From: Ostreococcus lucimarinus
Taxonomy: Eukaryota
Length of the DNA: 64,000 nucleotides
Strand: one strand, 5' to 3'
Assembly (NCBI GenBank): GCA_000092065.1
Contig: CP000594.1
Every line of letters starts with the position of its first letter. Within the stretch, counting starts at the first letter, position 1. The position numbers were made by a program, and so were the translations under genes. Positions 50,075-61,380 of this stretch are shown piece after piece. Under the pieces are notes generated by a model. That model worked only from the letters and a program-made list of their open reading frames with translations. It made no database searches and was not told where the DNA came from.

Positions 50075-51052
50075 CTACGGTACAGCACAGTGACGACCGC
50101 CGATATACGCATACGTCGGTCTTTCATAACGTGGAATCCGCGTCGCACTCTTGAGGTAGCGATCGATCGGCGGTTCGCGAGCGACGGCGGTTAAGAATTC
50201 ACCACACCGCGGCAAATTCAGACGCGTCGCGAAATCGGGCACTAAATCCTCCTCCGCGAGCTCGAACAGCGTTTCGAATAAAGCTAAATCGACATACGTC
50301 AACGACTCGCCGACGAGCCGCGAATTTCCGTTACGCTCTAGGATTTCCTCGAACACGCGCAGCGCCTGCCGCGAACGCGCCGGCACCGATAAATTATTCA
50401 CGCGATGCGTCTCTTGAAACCTCGCGCACTCAGCGTCTTCGCGTCTTTCAATGCTCTCTTTCAATGCCCTCGCGCTGTACAGCTGTCCATCGTGCGTCAA
50501 TCCGCCGTTGCGAATAGTGTGCCAATATTGCATAAAGAGTTCGTCGACGCGCGCGCGCTCATACTCGTTCGCGCCGTCCAAACTCAACTCTCGCCCCAGG
50601 TATCTGATTATCGCCGTTTCGTGGGAAACGTCGTTCGCACACCCATCGATGTCTACCAAACTCGGCGTCTTCCCGAACGGCGTCTTCGGTTTCACTTTCG
50701 GCCACGCGAGGTAGCCGACGACTTCGACCGCGTGCGGCGCTCGCGCGAGTTCGAGCATCATCCGAATTACCTCGGCGCGATTCCGCATCGGCATGTACTG
50801 CAGCCAATATTTCGCAGCCTTCGCGCCGTCGCCGTCGCAGTGGCGGTACATCACCGCGTGGACGTCCGTGCTCCATAAATCTTTCGACGCGAAGAGTTGC
50901 TTTTTCAACGCCTCGGGCGTGATTTCCGCGAGCGTTTCGTCGCGTTTCGCGCGCGCGGCGACGCGTCGCGCGCGCGCGCGCGTCACAGTCGCGCGCGGTC
51001 TCGTCGCGCGCCGCGCCGCGCGCGGCGTCGGCGCGGGTCGCGCCGCGAGCAT
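50075..51052 (-). CDS. Glutathione S-transferase-fold protein (thioredoxin-like N-domain plus GST_C) with N-terminal presequence
   Basis: N-domain PKTPFGKTPSLVDIDGCANDVSHETAIIRYLGRE (cis-Pro loop and ES/T...Y.. pattern). C-domain helices LTYVDLALFETLFEL. Arg/Ala-rich N-terminus (MLAARPAPTPRAARRATRPRATVTRARARR). Confidence 0.5.
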   Translation of the reverse strand: MLAARPAPTPRAARRATRPRATVTRARARRVAARAKRDETLAEITPEALKKQLFASKDLWSTDVHAVMYRHCDGDGAKAAKYWLQYMPMRNRAEVIRMMLELARAPHAVEVVGYLAWPKVKPKTPFGKTPSLVDIDGCANDVSHETAIIRYLGRELSLDGANEYERARVDELFMQYWHTIRNGGLTHDGQLYSARALKESIERREDAECARFQETHRVNNLSVPARSRQALRVFEEILERNGNSRLVGESLTYVDLALFETLFELAEEDLVPDFATRLNLPRCGEFLTAVAREPPIDRYLKSATRIPRYERPTYAYIGGRHCAVP

Positions 51053-51110
51053 CGTTTTAAAGATGATTTCAGGAGAAACAGGATGATAAAGTGATATTAC
51101 AGCGCGCGCG

Positions 51111-52821
51111 CTACGAGGACGCGAGACGCTTGGGAGAGACGTCGACCGCCACGGCGTCGACGAACGCCACGCGATCGTCGTCGATGACCTCTAAGTCGGG
51201 TGCGAGTAACTGCACGTAACGGTCAAAGTAAATCAGTTGTTTGATCAAGATGCCGAACGCTTTGGGGAGTTTGATTTTGTTCTCCTCGGCGGCGACGATC
51301 AAGTCGGAGGCCAACTGCGTCACTTGCTGTTGGTCGACGGTCACGGCGGCGCGAGGGGTGCCGTCGAAGGTGTCTTCATCGACAAGAACAGTCGGTTCGA
51401 TGGAATCTAAGGTTTCGTAGACTTTGCGTAAATCATTAGCGAATTTCTTGACGTCGACTTCGCCGTCGGTGGCCCCCATCGTCACCAGCGCGAGCGCCAT
51501 GCGCTCGTAATCGCGCGCGGCGGTGGATTGGAAAAAAGCTTGCACCGCGCCCCAAATTGACGGGGAAATTTTGCCGACGATGCCGAAGTCGATGAAACCA
51601 ACGCGCCCGTCCGGACAAACGATCAGATTACCCGCGTGCACGTCGGCGTGAAAACTCTCGCACGCCAGCACGCTGCCAAACCAAACGTTGAGCGCGTTGA
51701 TGAGCGTCGCCTCGGGATCGCGCGTGCTCACCGAACGAATCGCCTCCAAGTCCGTGAGCGGGACGCCAGAGAAGTACTCCATCACCATCACTCGTTTACC
51801 ACTAAATTGTTTGTACACTTGCGGCGCCTTGGCGATGTTCGTCAGTTCCGCGTCTTCAAGGTATCGTCGAAAAGCGTCGACGTTTTGCGCCTCCTTTCTA
51901 AAATCCGTCTCCTCCAACATCGACTCTCGAATGTCTCCGACGATGTCCACCAACGATGTTCGCGAGAGTTCAGGATTCAAAAACTGTAACACCTTGCTCA
52001 CGATTTAACACAAAGCTCAAATCCGCCTTGAGCGTGTCCTCGACGTTCGGTTTCAGCACCTTGACGACGACGTCTCGCCCGCTTCCGAGCAGCGTCGCTC
52101 GATGCACCTGCGCCACGCTCGCGCTCGCCAAAGGCACCGGATCGATCGTCGCGAACACATCATCTATAGAACGTCCCAAGTCTTTCTCGATCGTCCGCTT
52201 AATGATGGAAAAATCCGTCACCTCGGTCGCGTCCAGGCACTTTTGAAACTCCTCCACGTACTCCTTCGGAAACACGCTCGGCGCGCTCGCGATGAACTGT
52301 CCCAATTTCACGTACGTCGCCCCCAGCGCCTCAAACGTCCGTCGCACGATCACCGGCGCCGTCGGCGGGTTCTCCATCGACAACTCCCCGAAAGATCTCA
52401 CCGCCAGCGCCGCGAGCGACTCCACCGCGTTCAGCGTCCTCGCCACGCCCGGCGTCCCCGCGCCCGCCGCGATGCCCGCGATTTCGCTCATCAGCACCCT
52501 CGCCTCATCCGCCCTTCGCAACGCCTCCCGCGCGTCGAACGTCGCGCTCGCGCTCGCGAACGGGTTCGCCTCGAACGCGTTCCCGTCGTCGCGCGCGCCG
52601 GTCTCCCCCGGGATCGACCGCGAGCGCGCGCGGCGCGTCACGATGCGTTTCGACGTCATCGCGTTCGCGCGCGTTTTCGACGTCATCGCGTTCGCGCCTC
52701 GTCGCCGCGCATCGCGCGACGCCGACGCGTCCGCAACGCGCGCGATGTGCGCGCGCATGCTCGCGCGCGGGTTCGATCGTCGCACGCGCCGCGCGTCGCC
52801 GAGTGCGGCGCGCGTCTTCAT
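51111..52821 (-). CDS. ABC1/ADCK (UbiB-family) atypical kinase with transit-peptide-like N-terminus. As given, there is a 1-nt frame break at a T5 homopolymer near 51978
   Basis: N-part YVKLGQFIASAPSVFPKEYVEEF...ASASVAQVHRATLLGSGRDVVVKVLKPNVEDTLKADLSFVLN. C-part (other frame) VLQFLNPELSRTSLVDIVGDIRESMLEETDFRKEAQNVDAFRRY...APQVYKQFSGKRVMVMEYFSGVPL...FHADVHAGNLIVCPDGRVGFIDFGIVG. The joint lies in gtttttgaatcc. Confidence 0.85.
52645..52700. repeat. 27-bp tandem duplication inside the ABC1 N-terminal coding region (encodes RANAMTSKT RANAMTSK)
   Basis: gcgtttcgacgtcatcgcgttcgcgc / gcgttttcgacgtcatcgcgttcgcgc seen directly, adjacent. Confidence 0.7.
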
Positions 52822-52892
52822 CGCGTCAAAACGCAGCGCGACGAGCGACCTCGTCGCACGCGCGCGCGCACGCCGCGTCGGAAGCGACTCGA

Positions 52893-53129
52893 ATGGCGTG
52901 GACGAACTTCATCATCACCGCCACGGGCCTGATCGCCGTCGCGTCGCTGATGCGCACGGACGTGCGACAATCGTCACGAATGTTGAGACAGAATTTAAAA
53001 ACCATTCGACGCTGGGTCGAGGACGGCGCCGAGGCGACGGCGAAGACGAGCGAAAAAACCCTCGGGGACACCGCGGTCGGGAAAGCGATGAAAGAGATGC
53101 GCGACGAGGCGATGAAGAAGAAGGATTGA
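52893..53129 (+). CDS. Small hypothetical single-TM protein (about 78 aa)
   Basis: MAWTNFIITATGLIAVASLMRTDVRQSSRMLRQNLKTIRRWVEDGAEATAKTSEKTLGDTAVGKAMKEMRDEAMKKKD. One hydrophobic helix then a basic/acidic tail. Only 71 bp from the divergent ABC1 ATG. Confidence 0.3.
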   Translation: MAWTNFIITATGLIAVASLMRTDVRQSSRMLRQNLKTIRRWVEDGAEATAKTSEKTLGDTAVGKAMKEMRDEAMKKKD

Positions 53130-53283
53130 GGACGAGGTTGAAAGGCTTTTTGAGATTGGCGCAGACGCGGCGAGGTCGACGTCGAACGAGGGAGAGGTTT
53201 GCGTCGATCGATACGCTAGGCGGAAGTGCGGTCGAACTGCGTTCGGTTGGAGGGCGACGCGCGGAGGGGCGATCGAGGACGAG

Positions 53284-54498
53284 ATGAGTTCGCCGTTCGG
53301 GGCGAGGATCGAGACGCCGGCGTTGAGCGGGAAGTCGGCCAAAGCGATGCGGAACGCGAGCGCGGCGTGGGGTTGGACGTGTGTGCTCGTGTTGATGTAC
53401 GAGGCGCTGGTGCGAGGGATCGATGAACGGCGCGTGCACATGCTGAACGTGTATTATCAAGCGCCGACGGTGGCGACGCTGGCGTGTTTGATGTGGGCGC
53501 ACAACTTGCGAGTGTGGCACCGGTTGCGATTGACGCCTTCACCGTTGATTTGTTTTGGGGTTGAGCAAAACGAGTCGGTGACGTTTGAGCACGTGTATCG
53601 ATTGGCGCACGCGAGCGCGTTAGCTCTCTTGACCTCGGCGGTTTTGTTTCTATACGCGTACGACGTGGACGAACCGTTCGCCGCGACGACGATTTTGTTG
53701 GCGACGTATTTCGTTCCAATACTCGTCGCCATGTGGCCAAATAGAACGAAAGGGCTTGGAGAATTACGGTCGTATACGCGACGGTTGCTTTATAACTGCT
53801 TCACTCCCTTGGTGCGGCCGGTCGGGTTCGCTGATTTCTTCTTCGCCGACATCTTGTGTTCGTTGGCGAAATCTTTGAGCGATTTAGAACGCGTTGTTTG
53901 CAGCGTGCGACACCGCGTGATGCTCATACACACCGCCGCGGGTAAGTGCGGTGATAGAAGTATCATGATTCCCGTCGTGCTCATCATACCGTCCGCGATT
54001 CGACTGCTGCAGTGTCTGAGGCAGTTTGCCGACACGCGCGAGCCAAAGTGTCTGTACAACGCATTCAAGTACACGAGCGCGTTCCCGGTCATCATCATCT
54101 CCGGATTCCGGCACTTCATCGATCACGACGATTGGGTCTTCTTTTGGCGTCCGCTTTGGATCGGGTTTTGCGTGTTCAACACGTGTTTTAGCTTTTACTG
54201 GGACATCAAGCACGACTGGGGGCTGTCGTTGCTCGGCGGCGGCGCGCCTCGGCGACCCGGCGAGAAATTTCCGTTTGGATTGCGCGAGCGTCGCATTTAC
54301 GGCGCACCCAAGGTGTATTATCGGGCAATTTGGTTGAATTTCTTCTTGCGGATAAGTTGGACCTACAAGCTCGCGTCGCACTTGCGACATCATAGCGCCG
54401 TGCTCTGGCTCGTTACCGCCGCTGAAATCACGCGACGATTTCAATGGTCGTTGTTCCGCGTCGAGGTGGAATATTTGAGACGATTGCAGCACGCGTAA
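53284..54498 (+). CDS. EXS-domain membrane protein (ERD1/XPR1/SYG1 C-terminal family; ERD1-like, no SPX domain)
   Basis: EXS signature GFADFFFADILCSLAKSLSDLERVVC, multi-TM with the conserved W/F-rich C-terminal helices (WIGFCVFNTCFSFYWDIKHDWGL, YYRAIWLNFFLRISW). 404 aa; TAA at 54496. Confidence 0.7.
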   Translation: MSSPFGARIETPALSGKSAKAMRNASAAWGWTCVLVLMYEALVRGIDERRVHMLNVYYQAPTVATLACLMWAHNLRVWHRLRLTPSPLICFGVEQNESVTFEHVYRLAHASALALLTSAVLFLYAYDVDEPFAATTILLATYFVPILVAMWPNRTKGLGELRSYTRRLLYNCFTPLVRPVGFADFFFADILCSLAKSLSDLERVVCSVRHRVMLIHTAAGKCGDRSIMIPVVLIIPSAIRLLQCLRQFADTREPKCLYNAFKYTSAFPVIIISGFRHFIDHDDWVFFWRPLWIGFCVFNTCFSFYWDIKHDWGLSLLGGGAPRRPGEKFPFGLRERRIYGAPKVYYRAIWLNFFLRISWTYKLASHLRHHSAVLWLVTAAEITRRFQWSLFRVEVEYLRRLQHA

Positions 54499-54567
54499 AT
54501 AGCATTCTAGTACCGATATAGGTTATTATCACAACATCACGACTCTCTATCGATCCGTAAACACCCG

Positions 54568-55336
54568 CTATTTCGCGTGCGCGGTGAGCCATTTCAGGCA
54601 CACGTCGATGTTTGTGGAATTCTTGCAACTCACGTTGTAGCAGCACACCTCCCTCCCGGTCGCGCGTTTCAGCTCCATCGCCTCCACCACGTCCTGCACG
54701 CGCACCGCGCTCTCTAAATCGCTCTTATTCCCGAGCACCAACAACGGAATCTCCCGCAGCGTCTCCCTCTTGAGCAACCCGTGCAGCTCGTTCCTCGCCG
54801 TCTCAAACAATTCCTTCGCCGCCGCATCCACGACGTACACCACGCAATCCACGCCTCGACAGTACCGTTCCCACGTTCCCCGAAACCGTTCCTGTCCACC
54901 GAGATCCCACGTCTTCACGCTCACCCCATCCCTACGCAGTCTCCGCACGTTGAATCCCACCGTCGGAATCATATCCTCCTCAAACGTCCCGCCGCTCAGC
55001 GCGTCGATGAACGACGTCTTCCCGGCGTTCTGCAGCCCTGCGCGCGCGCGTTCGCGAAACGTCTTCGTCAGTCCCCGCGCGCGCGTCCCCGCGCCGTCCT
55101 CGCGCGCGATCGAATTCGTTTCGTCGCGATTCAAATCAAAGTCCGACGCAACCGCCATCTTAAATCGCTCTCGCGCGCGCCGCGTCTCGCGCGCCGCGTC
55201 TCGCGCGTCGCCTCGCGTCGTCGTCGGCGTCGCTCGACGCACCGATCACGACGATCTCCATCTCGCGTCCGAAGAACAGCGCGCGCAACCACGCGACGAA
55301 GGCGTCCCAGTACGAGCGCGCGTCGTCGCCCATCGC
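54568..55336 (-). CDS. ARL8: ARF-like small GTPase ARL8. Exon 1 55246..55336, intron 55038..55245, exon 2 54568..55037
   Basis: Exon 1 MGDDARSYWDAFVAWLRALFFGREMEIVVI-G (amphipathic N-helix typical of ARL8). Donor G|GTGCGT, acceptor gcgcag|GG. Exon 2 GLQNAGKTSFIDALSGGTFEEDMIPTVGFNVRRLRRDGVSVKTWDLGGQERFR...LVLGNKSDL...CYNVSCKNSTNID. Spliced length 186 aa, equal to ARL8. TAG at 54568. Confidence 0.85.
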
Positions 55337-55550
55337 GCGTCGAGGTGTGAGGGGGACGACCGCGCGGCATCGCGAGACATTACGCGCCGCGCCGACGCGC
55401 GTGCATGGATCCCGCGAGACCGTTTTCGACGTGCGTGAGAGAAACTCGCGCGACGCGCGCGATGCGACGTCGCGCGCGACGCGGCGGCGCGGGCGCGCGA
55501 CGCGGCGGCGCGATGGATGACGATCGATTTGAGATTTCGCGAGCTGTCGA

Positions 55551-55877
55551 GTGATTAAAAATAAAACGACGACGCGAAGACGCGGACGCGCGACTGACGA
55601 GGGCGAGGGCGAGGCGAACAGGACGGTGGTCGTGCCGCTCGAGGACGAGAGACGCGCGAGGGCCGTGGGAGGGGCGCTCGGGGTGGATAAGGAGTTGCAA
55701 CCGAGGGTGGTGCGAAAGACGGTGACGACGCGCGAGAGGGAGAACGGGGACGGTTGGGAGGTCGTCGCGACGTTCGAGGCGAGCGAGTTGAAGGCGCTGA
55801 GGAGTGCGGTGAGTGGGTATTACGATTTGTTGACGGTGAGCGTGCGGACGGTGGAGGCGTTCGAGGAGGAGATTTGA
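55551..55877 (+). CDS. Pcc1/LAGE3-family protein (KEOPS/EKC complex subunit); 5' end unresolved
   Basis: RTVVVPLEDERRARAVGGALGVDKELQPRVVRKTVTTRERENGDGWEVVATFEASELKALRSAVSGYYDLLTVSVRTVEAFEEEI aligns with LAGE3/Pcc1 (FTLSVPFPTPLEAEIAHGSL...RVVGKDLTVSG..LVVRWKAEDCRLLRISVINFLDQLSLVVRTM). The track start is GTG, and there is no in-frame ATG, so there is probably an upstream exon. TGA at 55875. Confidence 0.5.
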   Translation: MIKNKTTTRRRGRATDEGEGEANRTVVVPLEDERRARAVGGALGVDKELQPRVVRKTVTTRERENGDGWEVVATFEASELKALRSAVSGYYDLLTVSVRTVEAFEEEI

Positions 55878-55926
55878 ATCGGCGGTACGGGCGAGAACGG
55901 GCGAGATGCCGACGCGCGAGTATCAG

Positions 55927-58900
55927 ATGAGCGATTATCACACGTACGAGGCGATCGGGAAAGGGAAGCACAGTACGGTGTATAAGGGGCGACGGAAGAA
56001 GTCGATTCAGTACTTTGCGATGAAGAGCGTGGAGAAAGGACAGAGAAATCGAGTGATGCACGAGGTGCAAGTGATGAAGGCGTTTTCCCACGAAAACGTG
56101 TTGAAATTCATCGCGTGTTACGAGACGCAAAATCATCTGTGGTTGATTCTGGAATACTGCGTCGGAGGTGATTTGTTGACGCTGCTGTCGCAAGATCTCA
56201 AGCTTCCCGAACCTTCCATCATGACGTTCGCGCGCGATATGTTCGTCGCCGCGCGAGAGTTGCACAGTAAAGGACTGGTGCACTGCGATTTAAAGCCAAG
56301 TAACATGTTGCTCGACGAAGAAGGGCGGATTAAGATTTGCGGATTCGGACTCAGTCGCAAGGTTTCCACTGTCGTGGCGTCTTCGGGTACGCCCACGCAG
56401 CTGTCGCGTCGAGGGACACCGTGTTATATGGCTCCGGAGATGTTTACACAAGAGGGCGTGCACTCGTACGCGACGGACTTGTGGGCGTTGGGGTGCGTGC
56501 TGTATGAGTGCGCCACCGGACGACCCCCGTTCACGAGTACGTCGTTGACATCATTGATCGAACAGATTTTAGAGCACGAGCCCGCACCGTTGCCCGCGGC
56601 GTATGGTACGACGTTTAAGAATTTGGTCTCTGGGTTGCTCATCAAGCGCCCGCACGCTCGTTTGACGTGGGACCAAGTCATTAACCATGAATTTTGGACC
56701 GAGCGCGGAGGGCAATACTTGGACGATCTTGGTGACTTAGTGACGCTTAGACTCCCACCGCAGCCTTCATTCGACGCGCTCGCGGCTAAACTGAAGAGCG
56801 AGGATTTGGCGGCGAGACTGCGAATGCTTGGAAACGCAAGAGCGTCGGGGGCGGTGGACGTGCGCGATTCTTTCATGCCCGTCTTGACGCAAAGTTTACG
56901 AGATAGCGTAAACGTCTCGCGACTGTCGAGGATTGCGCGTTCAAATTTGGAGCGAGAAGAAGTCGGTTCGTACGCGCCTAGCGGTGCTGCAGCTATCGAA
57001 GGCGACCCCTTGCAAGTCGCTGCCATTCACGAAGACGTGGAGTTGGAGAATCCAGACGCTGAGCTCAACTTCACCGCTCCGAGCGGGAACGACGATTTGG
57101 ACGTGGACATGGAAACCGAAGACGTTATCATACCTTCAGCTCCCAAAACGCCTCCTAGGGGAGGTCGTCGTGGTGACGATGATTACGCAGATGAAAACAG
57201 AGCAGAGAACTTTGCCGATCCCGCTGAGTCGTTTGGTGACGAGATGCAGTCGGACAGCGATGACGCAACTCGCATCGTGCTCACACCTTCCGACCGCGGA
57301 CGCTATGTTAGTAGACACGCGTTCGCCGGGCTTCGACGAGTCGCTCGTTACAGACGGCAGATGATGAGTTCGAAGAAACGTCGTCTTCGATGCGTCGCTT
57401 GGCGCCGCTTCCGGCGGAGACGCCGGCGGTGATCGGGAGGACAGAAAGTAGGATGCCTTCGCTGGCGGCAAGGAATGATGTGCTGGCAAAAAGTGTCGAT
57501 TACGACAAGTTCAAGAAGCTGTGCACGCATTCGACCGATTTGACCGTGCGACCCATCGTGTCCAATCACAGAATTGAAGTGGTGAAAGACGCGCCTCACG
57601 ATCCAGAAAAGTTGCCCTTCAAAGAATTGAGCGTGGACAAAATGTTGGCGACTTCTCAGAGCGAGCTCGAAGCGTTTCTGACTCGTATTTACCGCTCCGT
57701 GGCGCACCCTTCAAACGTTCAAGAAAAAGTTAACACTTTGGCTTATTTCGAGACGTTGTGCACCGAGGCGTCGAGCGCGAACGTCTTGGCGAATTCATCC
57801 TTGATGTCAATGTTCGTCCGAGTGCTCGGTAGCAGCAAATCTCCACCGTTGAAGATCAAGCTTTGCAGCATCATGGGCTTGTTGATGCGACATGCGACGC
57901 ATATTAGCGATGAGTTCGCGAAGAGTGAGGCTGCAAAAGTACTGGCGGGCACTATGAGCGACGAAAACTCTCGCGTGAGACGCCGAGCTATGGCGGCGCT
58001 CGGGGAACTGTCGTTTTACGTCGCGACGCAGCAGAGGCCAGACGCATCACAAGTATGGGGTATCACCGACAGTGTGATTGAGGTCTTCATCAAGACGTTA
58101 GAAGAGGAAGAAGATGAAATTACTAAGCACTACGCGTGCAAGAGCATCGAGAACATAGTCTCTCACGAGGGCTCAACGTGGATACAAGACGCATTCGCGG
58201 AGTGTCGCGTCGTAAGTGTTTTGTTTTCAATCGCGACGAATGACGCCGTAGACGACCAGCTTCGTGGTACTTCGGCAAGTGCGCTCGCAAGAATCGTTCG
58301 GCTCAAGTCGGAAACGCTTCACCCACTGGTCGGCGAAGAGGATTGCGATGGTTCAAATGCACGCGATGGCCTGGTGAAAATGCTTAGAGATCGTGAGAGA
58401 AAAGTACAACAGGCGGCACTCAACGTGTTGTGTAGAGCGCTGGTGGATGAAAAGTCGCGCTTGATTGCCACTATCATGGAAGTTCAAACGCTTTTGCCCA
58501 TTCTTGCTGGATTGTACGAGCGAAGTCAAACGCCCATCATCAAAGCCAAGTCGTTGCTCGCGATGGCGCTTTTGATTCGCGCGCATCCAAAATGGTTGCA
58601 ATCGCTTTGCAAGGCGCGCGTTTTGCCGATGTTGGATCGTCAACCGACGCAAATGGACCCTTATTTACAAGAATGTTTCGATACGTTCGTCACCACCGTT
58701 GTGGCCCTCGTGCCGGTCGTGAACACTGGTATCTTGCAGTACGTCGAGCGATCGCTCTCCACGGGATTGTCATCGGAAAACGCCATGCGACCGCAAGCGT
58801 TTGAGTTATTTCCTGTGCTCATTCATTTGCTGCAATCGACTGTCATGCGACCAAAAGTATTGACCAGTGCGTTTGTGATCGACATTGCGAAGTACATTCG

Positions 58901-59720
58901 CGCCGCTGAGGCTGAAGAGCATTACCCTGGTCGCGACGAGCTTCGCGTGGGAGTTATGGCGTTGCTCGAGACGTGCGCACAGTGTACGAATGAGTTGATT
59001 CATAAGGTTGATGCGTTGACGCGTCACTTATTACCGGCGCTGTGCGACTTACTCGAAGGAAGTGCGCACGTTGAAACTCGTTTCTTGGCGCTGAAGCTCA
59101 TCTACGAACTCTTGCTGCCATTGCGTTTGGATTTGGATATCGCCACGCAAAGCGGTCTCGATCGAAAAGTCGTTGCGCACCACTTGGACCAGCTCTTGAT
59201 GCAAGACTTGTTCCCGATGTGCCCTGCGTTGATCGATAGTGAAGACCCAATCCCATTGTACGCTTTGAAACTTCTCAGCGGCACGCTGGAGATTGAGCCC
59301 GCGCTTTGTCGCGAAATCATCGCCTTGGGTTTGGCGCCAAGATTCTTTGAGTTTCTCTCGCTCGAGCACACGAACAACAACGAGCACAACATACATCTGT
59401 GTCTCGCCCTCGCTCGATGCAAAGCGCTCAGCACGCAATCATTGTGGGACTTCGACGCCCCTGCGAAAGTCGCGCAAGTATGTGCGTATAGCTACGAGCG
59501 AAACGTCACGCAGTTTGTCGAGCCCGCGCTCGGCATCGCCGCCACCCTCCTTCGCCGCGCCGCCGCCGACGCGCCTCGCGCCGCCGGAGACGCCGTCCCA
59601 TCCGAAATCACCCCTCTCCTCGAGGTCGCGCCGACGCTTCGTCGGCTTGCAGCGACCATACCCGACGGTGCGCTCGCGCGCGATATCACTCATTCCCTCG
59701 ACACCTTCAACGCGCATTAA
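55927..59720 (+). CDS. RUNKEL/ULK4-like protein: N-terminal Ser/Thr kinase domain plus C-terminal armadillo/HEAT repeat region. The two halves are in different frames as given (junction about 57300-57360)
   Basis: Kinase: MSDYHTYEAIGKGKHSTVYKGRRKKSIQYFAMKSV...HENVLKFIACYETQNHLWLILEYCVGGDL...HSKGLVHCDLKPSNMLLDEEGRIKICGFGLSRK...RGTPCYMAPEMF...DLWALGCVLYECATGRPPF, near-collinear with Arabidopsis RUNKEL. ARM part: DLTVRPIVSNH...MFVRVLGSSKSPPLKIKLCSIMGLLMRHATHISDEF...RRRAMAALGELSFYVATQ...LYPALIDSEDPIPLYALKLL...NIHLCLALA, also RUNKEL-like. Either a 47-nt intron (57307..57353, GTTAGT...TACAG, phase 0) or indels join the frames. Confidence 0.85.
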
Positions 59721-59979
59721 TTGTAACACAGAACTCGCACGCGAGTCAACAGCACGCTGTCAACTCACACACAGATGCTCATTCGGTCAACAATCGACCG
59801 CACACCACGCGCGCGTCGCCGCACGACGTCGAGCGACACAGGGAGCCGTAACGGAACCGCACGGAACGTCACCTTCCGCCGCGCGCGAACGCTCGCGATA
59901 GACAACCGACGCGCGCGTTGTCGCAACGTCGACCGGGACACGAAGCGTTTTTTCAACCGTCGCGCGCCTTCGCGTCATC

Positions 59980-61280
59980 ATGCCTCGAGATCACACCCGC
60001 GACGCCAAGCCGTGGACCGCGGAGGAAGATGCAGCGTTGTTGACGCTACAAGGCGCGCATGGGAACAGATGGAGCGAGATCGCGCGCGCGATGGGCACTC
60101 GGAGTGGACAACAGTGCGCACAGCGGTGGCGACACAAGGTCAACCCAGGGATCCGACGGGAGCGGTGGAGCGAGGAGGAGGATGAAAAGGTGCGAATGCG
60201 GTTCGATAACGTGAGCAAATGATATTGGTTACATGCGTTGTGTGCGCAGAACACAATTTTGGTCGCGTGGCGGGAGAGATATCGTCGAGTGGTCCCGCGC
60301 GGTCCCGCGTCGTCTCAAACGATTTGACTGGACGAAGAGAGCGATTTGATTTGACGTGACAGTTGAAGACACTGAAAGAGCGCTACGGGTCGAGATGGGC
60401 AACGATCGCGCGTGAAATGGGTGGTCGCACGGATCAGCAATGTATGGGACGGTGGAGACGACATCTCGATCCGACAGTGACTCGCGGCGCGTGGGCTCGG
60501 GACGAAGACGAGCTCTTGTGCGGGTTGTACGACGAGTACGGTCCGCGATGGTCATTCATCTGTCAGAGCGTTCCGGGTCGCACCGCGCAACAATGTCGCG
60601 CGCGATGGTTTCAAGTCGACGGTAAGCCCAGGGAAGAGCGCGATCATCGCCCGTCCAGGCGGCAATCGCCCGTCGAGACTTCATCTCATGGACCCGCGGA
60701 GGATCATCCAGCGCGGCGATTTTCCGATCATGAAGGGTTGGTGACGCGTACTTCGATCGATTCGATGCCCATGGCGAGTCTGTCGCCAACACCAGTCGCT
60801 GAAAAACGACCATTCAGTCACATTCTGGCCGAAGTCAGCGCGCGCACGACGCAAAAGACTGGATCGTTAATAGAATCCGCCTCCATAGCGACTGCGCTCG
60901 GGCGCGCTTCGCCGGCGACTCTCTCAAAGCGCAAACAAGTATCGACAGCGCTGGATCCGATGTCGCTTTGGCGCGACGTCGGCGGTACGAAAGCCGTCGG
61001 TAGCTTGGCGCCGACACTCGTGGAAGATGGTAAGCGCAAACGCGGACGCCCGTCGAAGACGGTGGACGCGCCGCGGTCGCCGATGGCGAGGCTTTCGGTA
61101 CAATCTCCTCGCGCATCATCGGTGTATGCACCGCGAACGCGCGCGCGAGCGTCGACGGCATCTGCATCATCCAAATCTACGCCTCATTCGTCAGTGATTG
61201 GTCGATCGACAGAAGAGGATAAACTCTCCGTTTTGCTCGGCGTCGCGCTCGGTCGAAGCGACGGCGCGGCGCCGCGTTGA
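59980..61280 (+). CDS. Three-repeat (R1R2R3) Myb-domain transcription factor. Exon 1 59980..60189, intron 60190..60362, exon 2 60363..61280
   Basis: R1 WTAEEDAALLTLQGAHGNRWSEIARAMGTRSGQQCAQRWRHKVNP. R2 (split by the intron after EEDEK) WSEEEDEK|LKTLKERYGSRWATIAREMGGRTDQQCMGRWRRHLDP. R3 WARDEDELLCGLYDEYGPRWSFICQSVPGRTAQQCRARWFQV. Donor AAG|GTGCGA, acceptor gtgacag|TTG. Confidence 0.8.
60190..60362 (+). other. Spliceosomal intron of the Myb gene (173 nt, GTGCGA...ACAG, phase 0)
   Basis: Restores a canonical Myb repeat 2. Confidence 0.75.
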
Positions 61281-61380
61281 ATCGGCTAGGGAAAAATAAT
61301 GTTGGTTTGCTGCTCGTGTTGTAACGACAAACTACGAAGAGAAAAACGTTTTTATGAGCGCTGGATTCGGGAGTCGATAG

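Noticed and set aside
55541-55600. A 29-nt GT...AG interval (gtgatt...cgaag) that would give Pcc1 an ATG-initiated first exon (MDDDRFEISRAVE)
   Set aside because: Far too short for a spliceosomal intron compared with the 97-342 nt introns verified here. The upstream frame terminates at TGA before the candidate donor.
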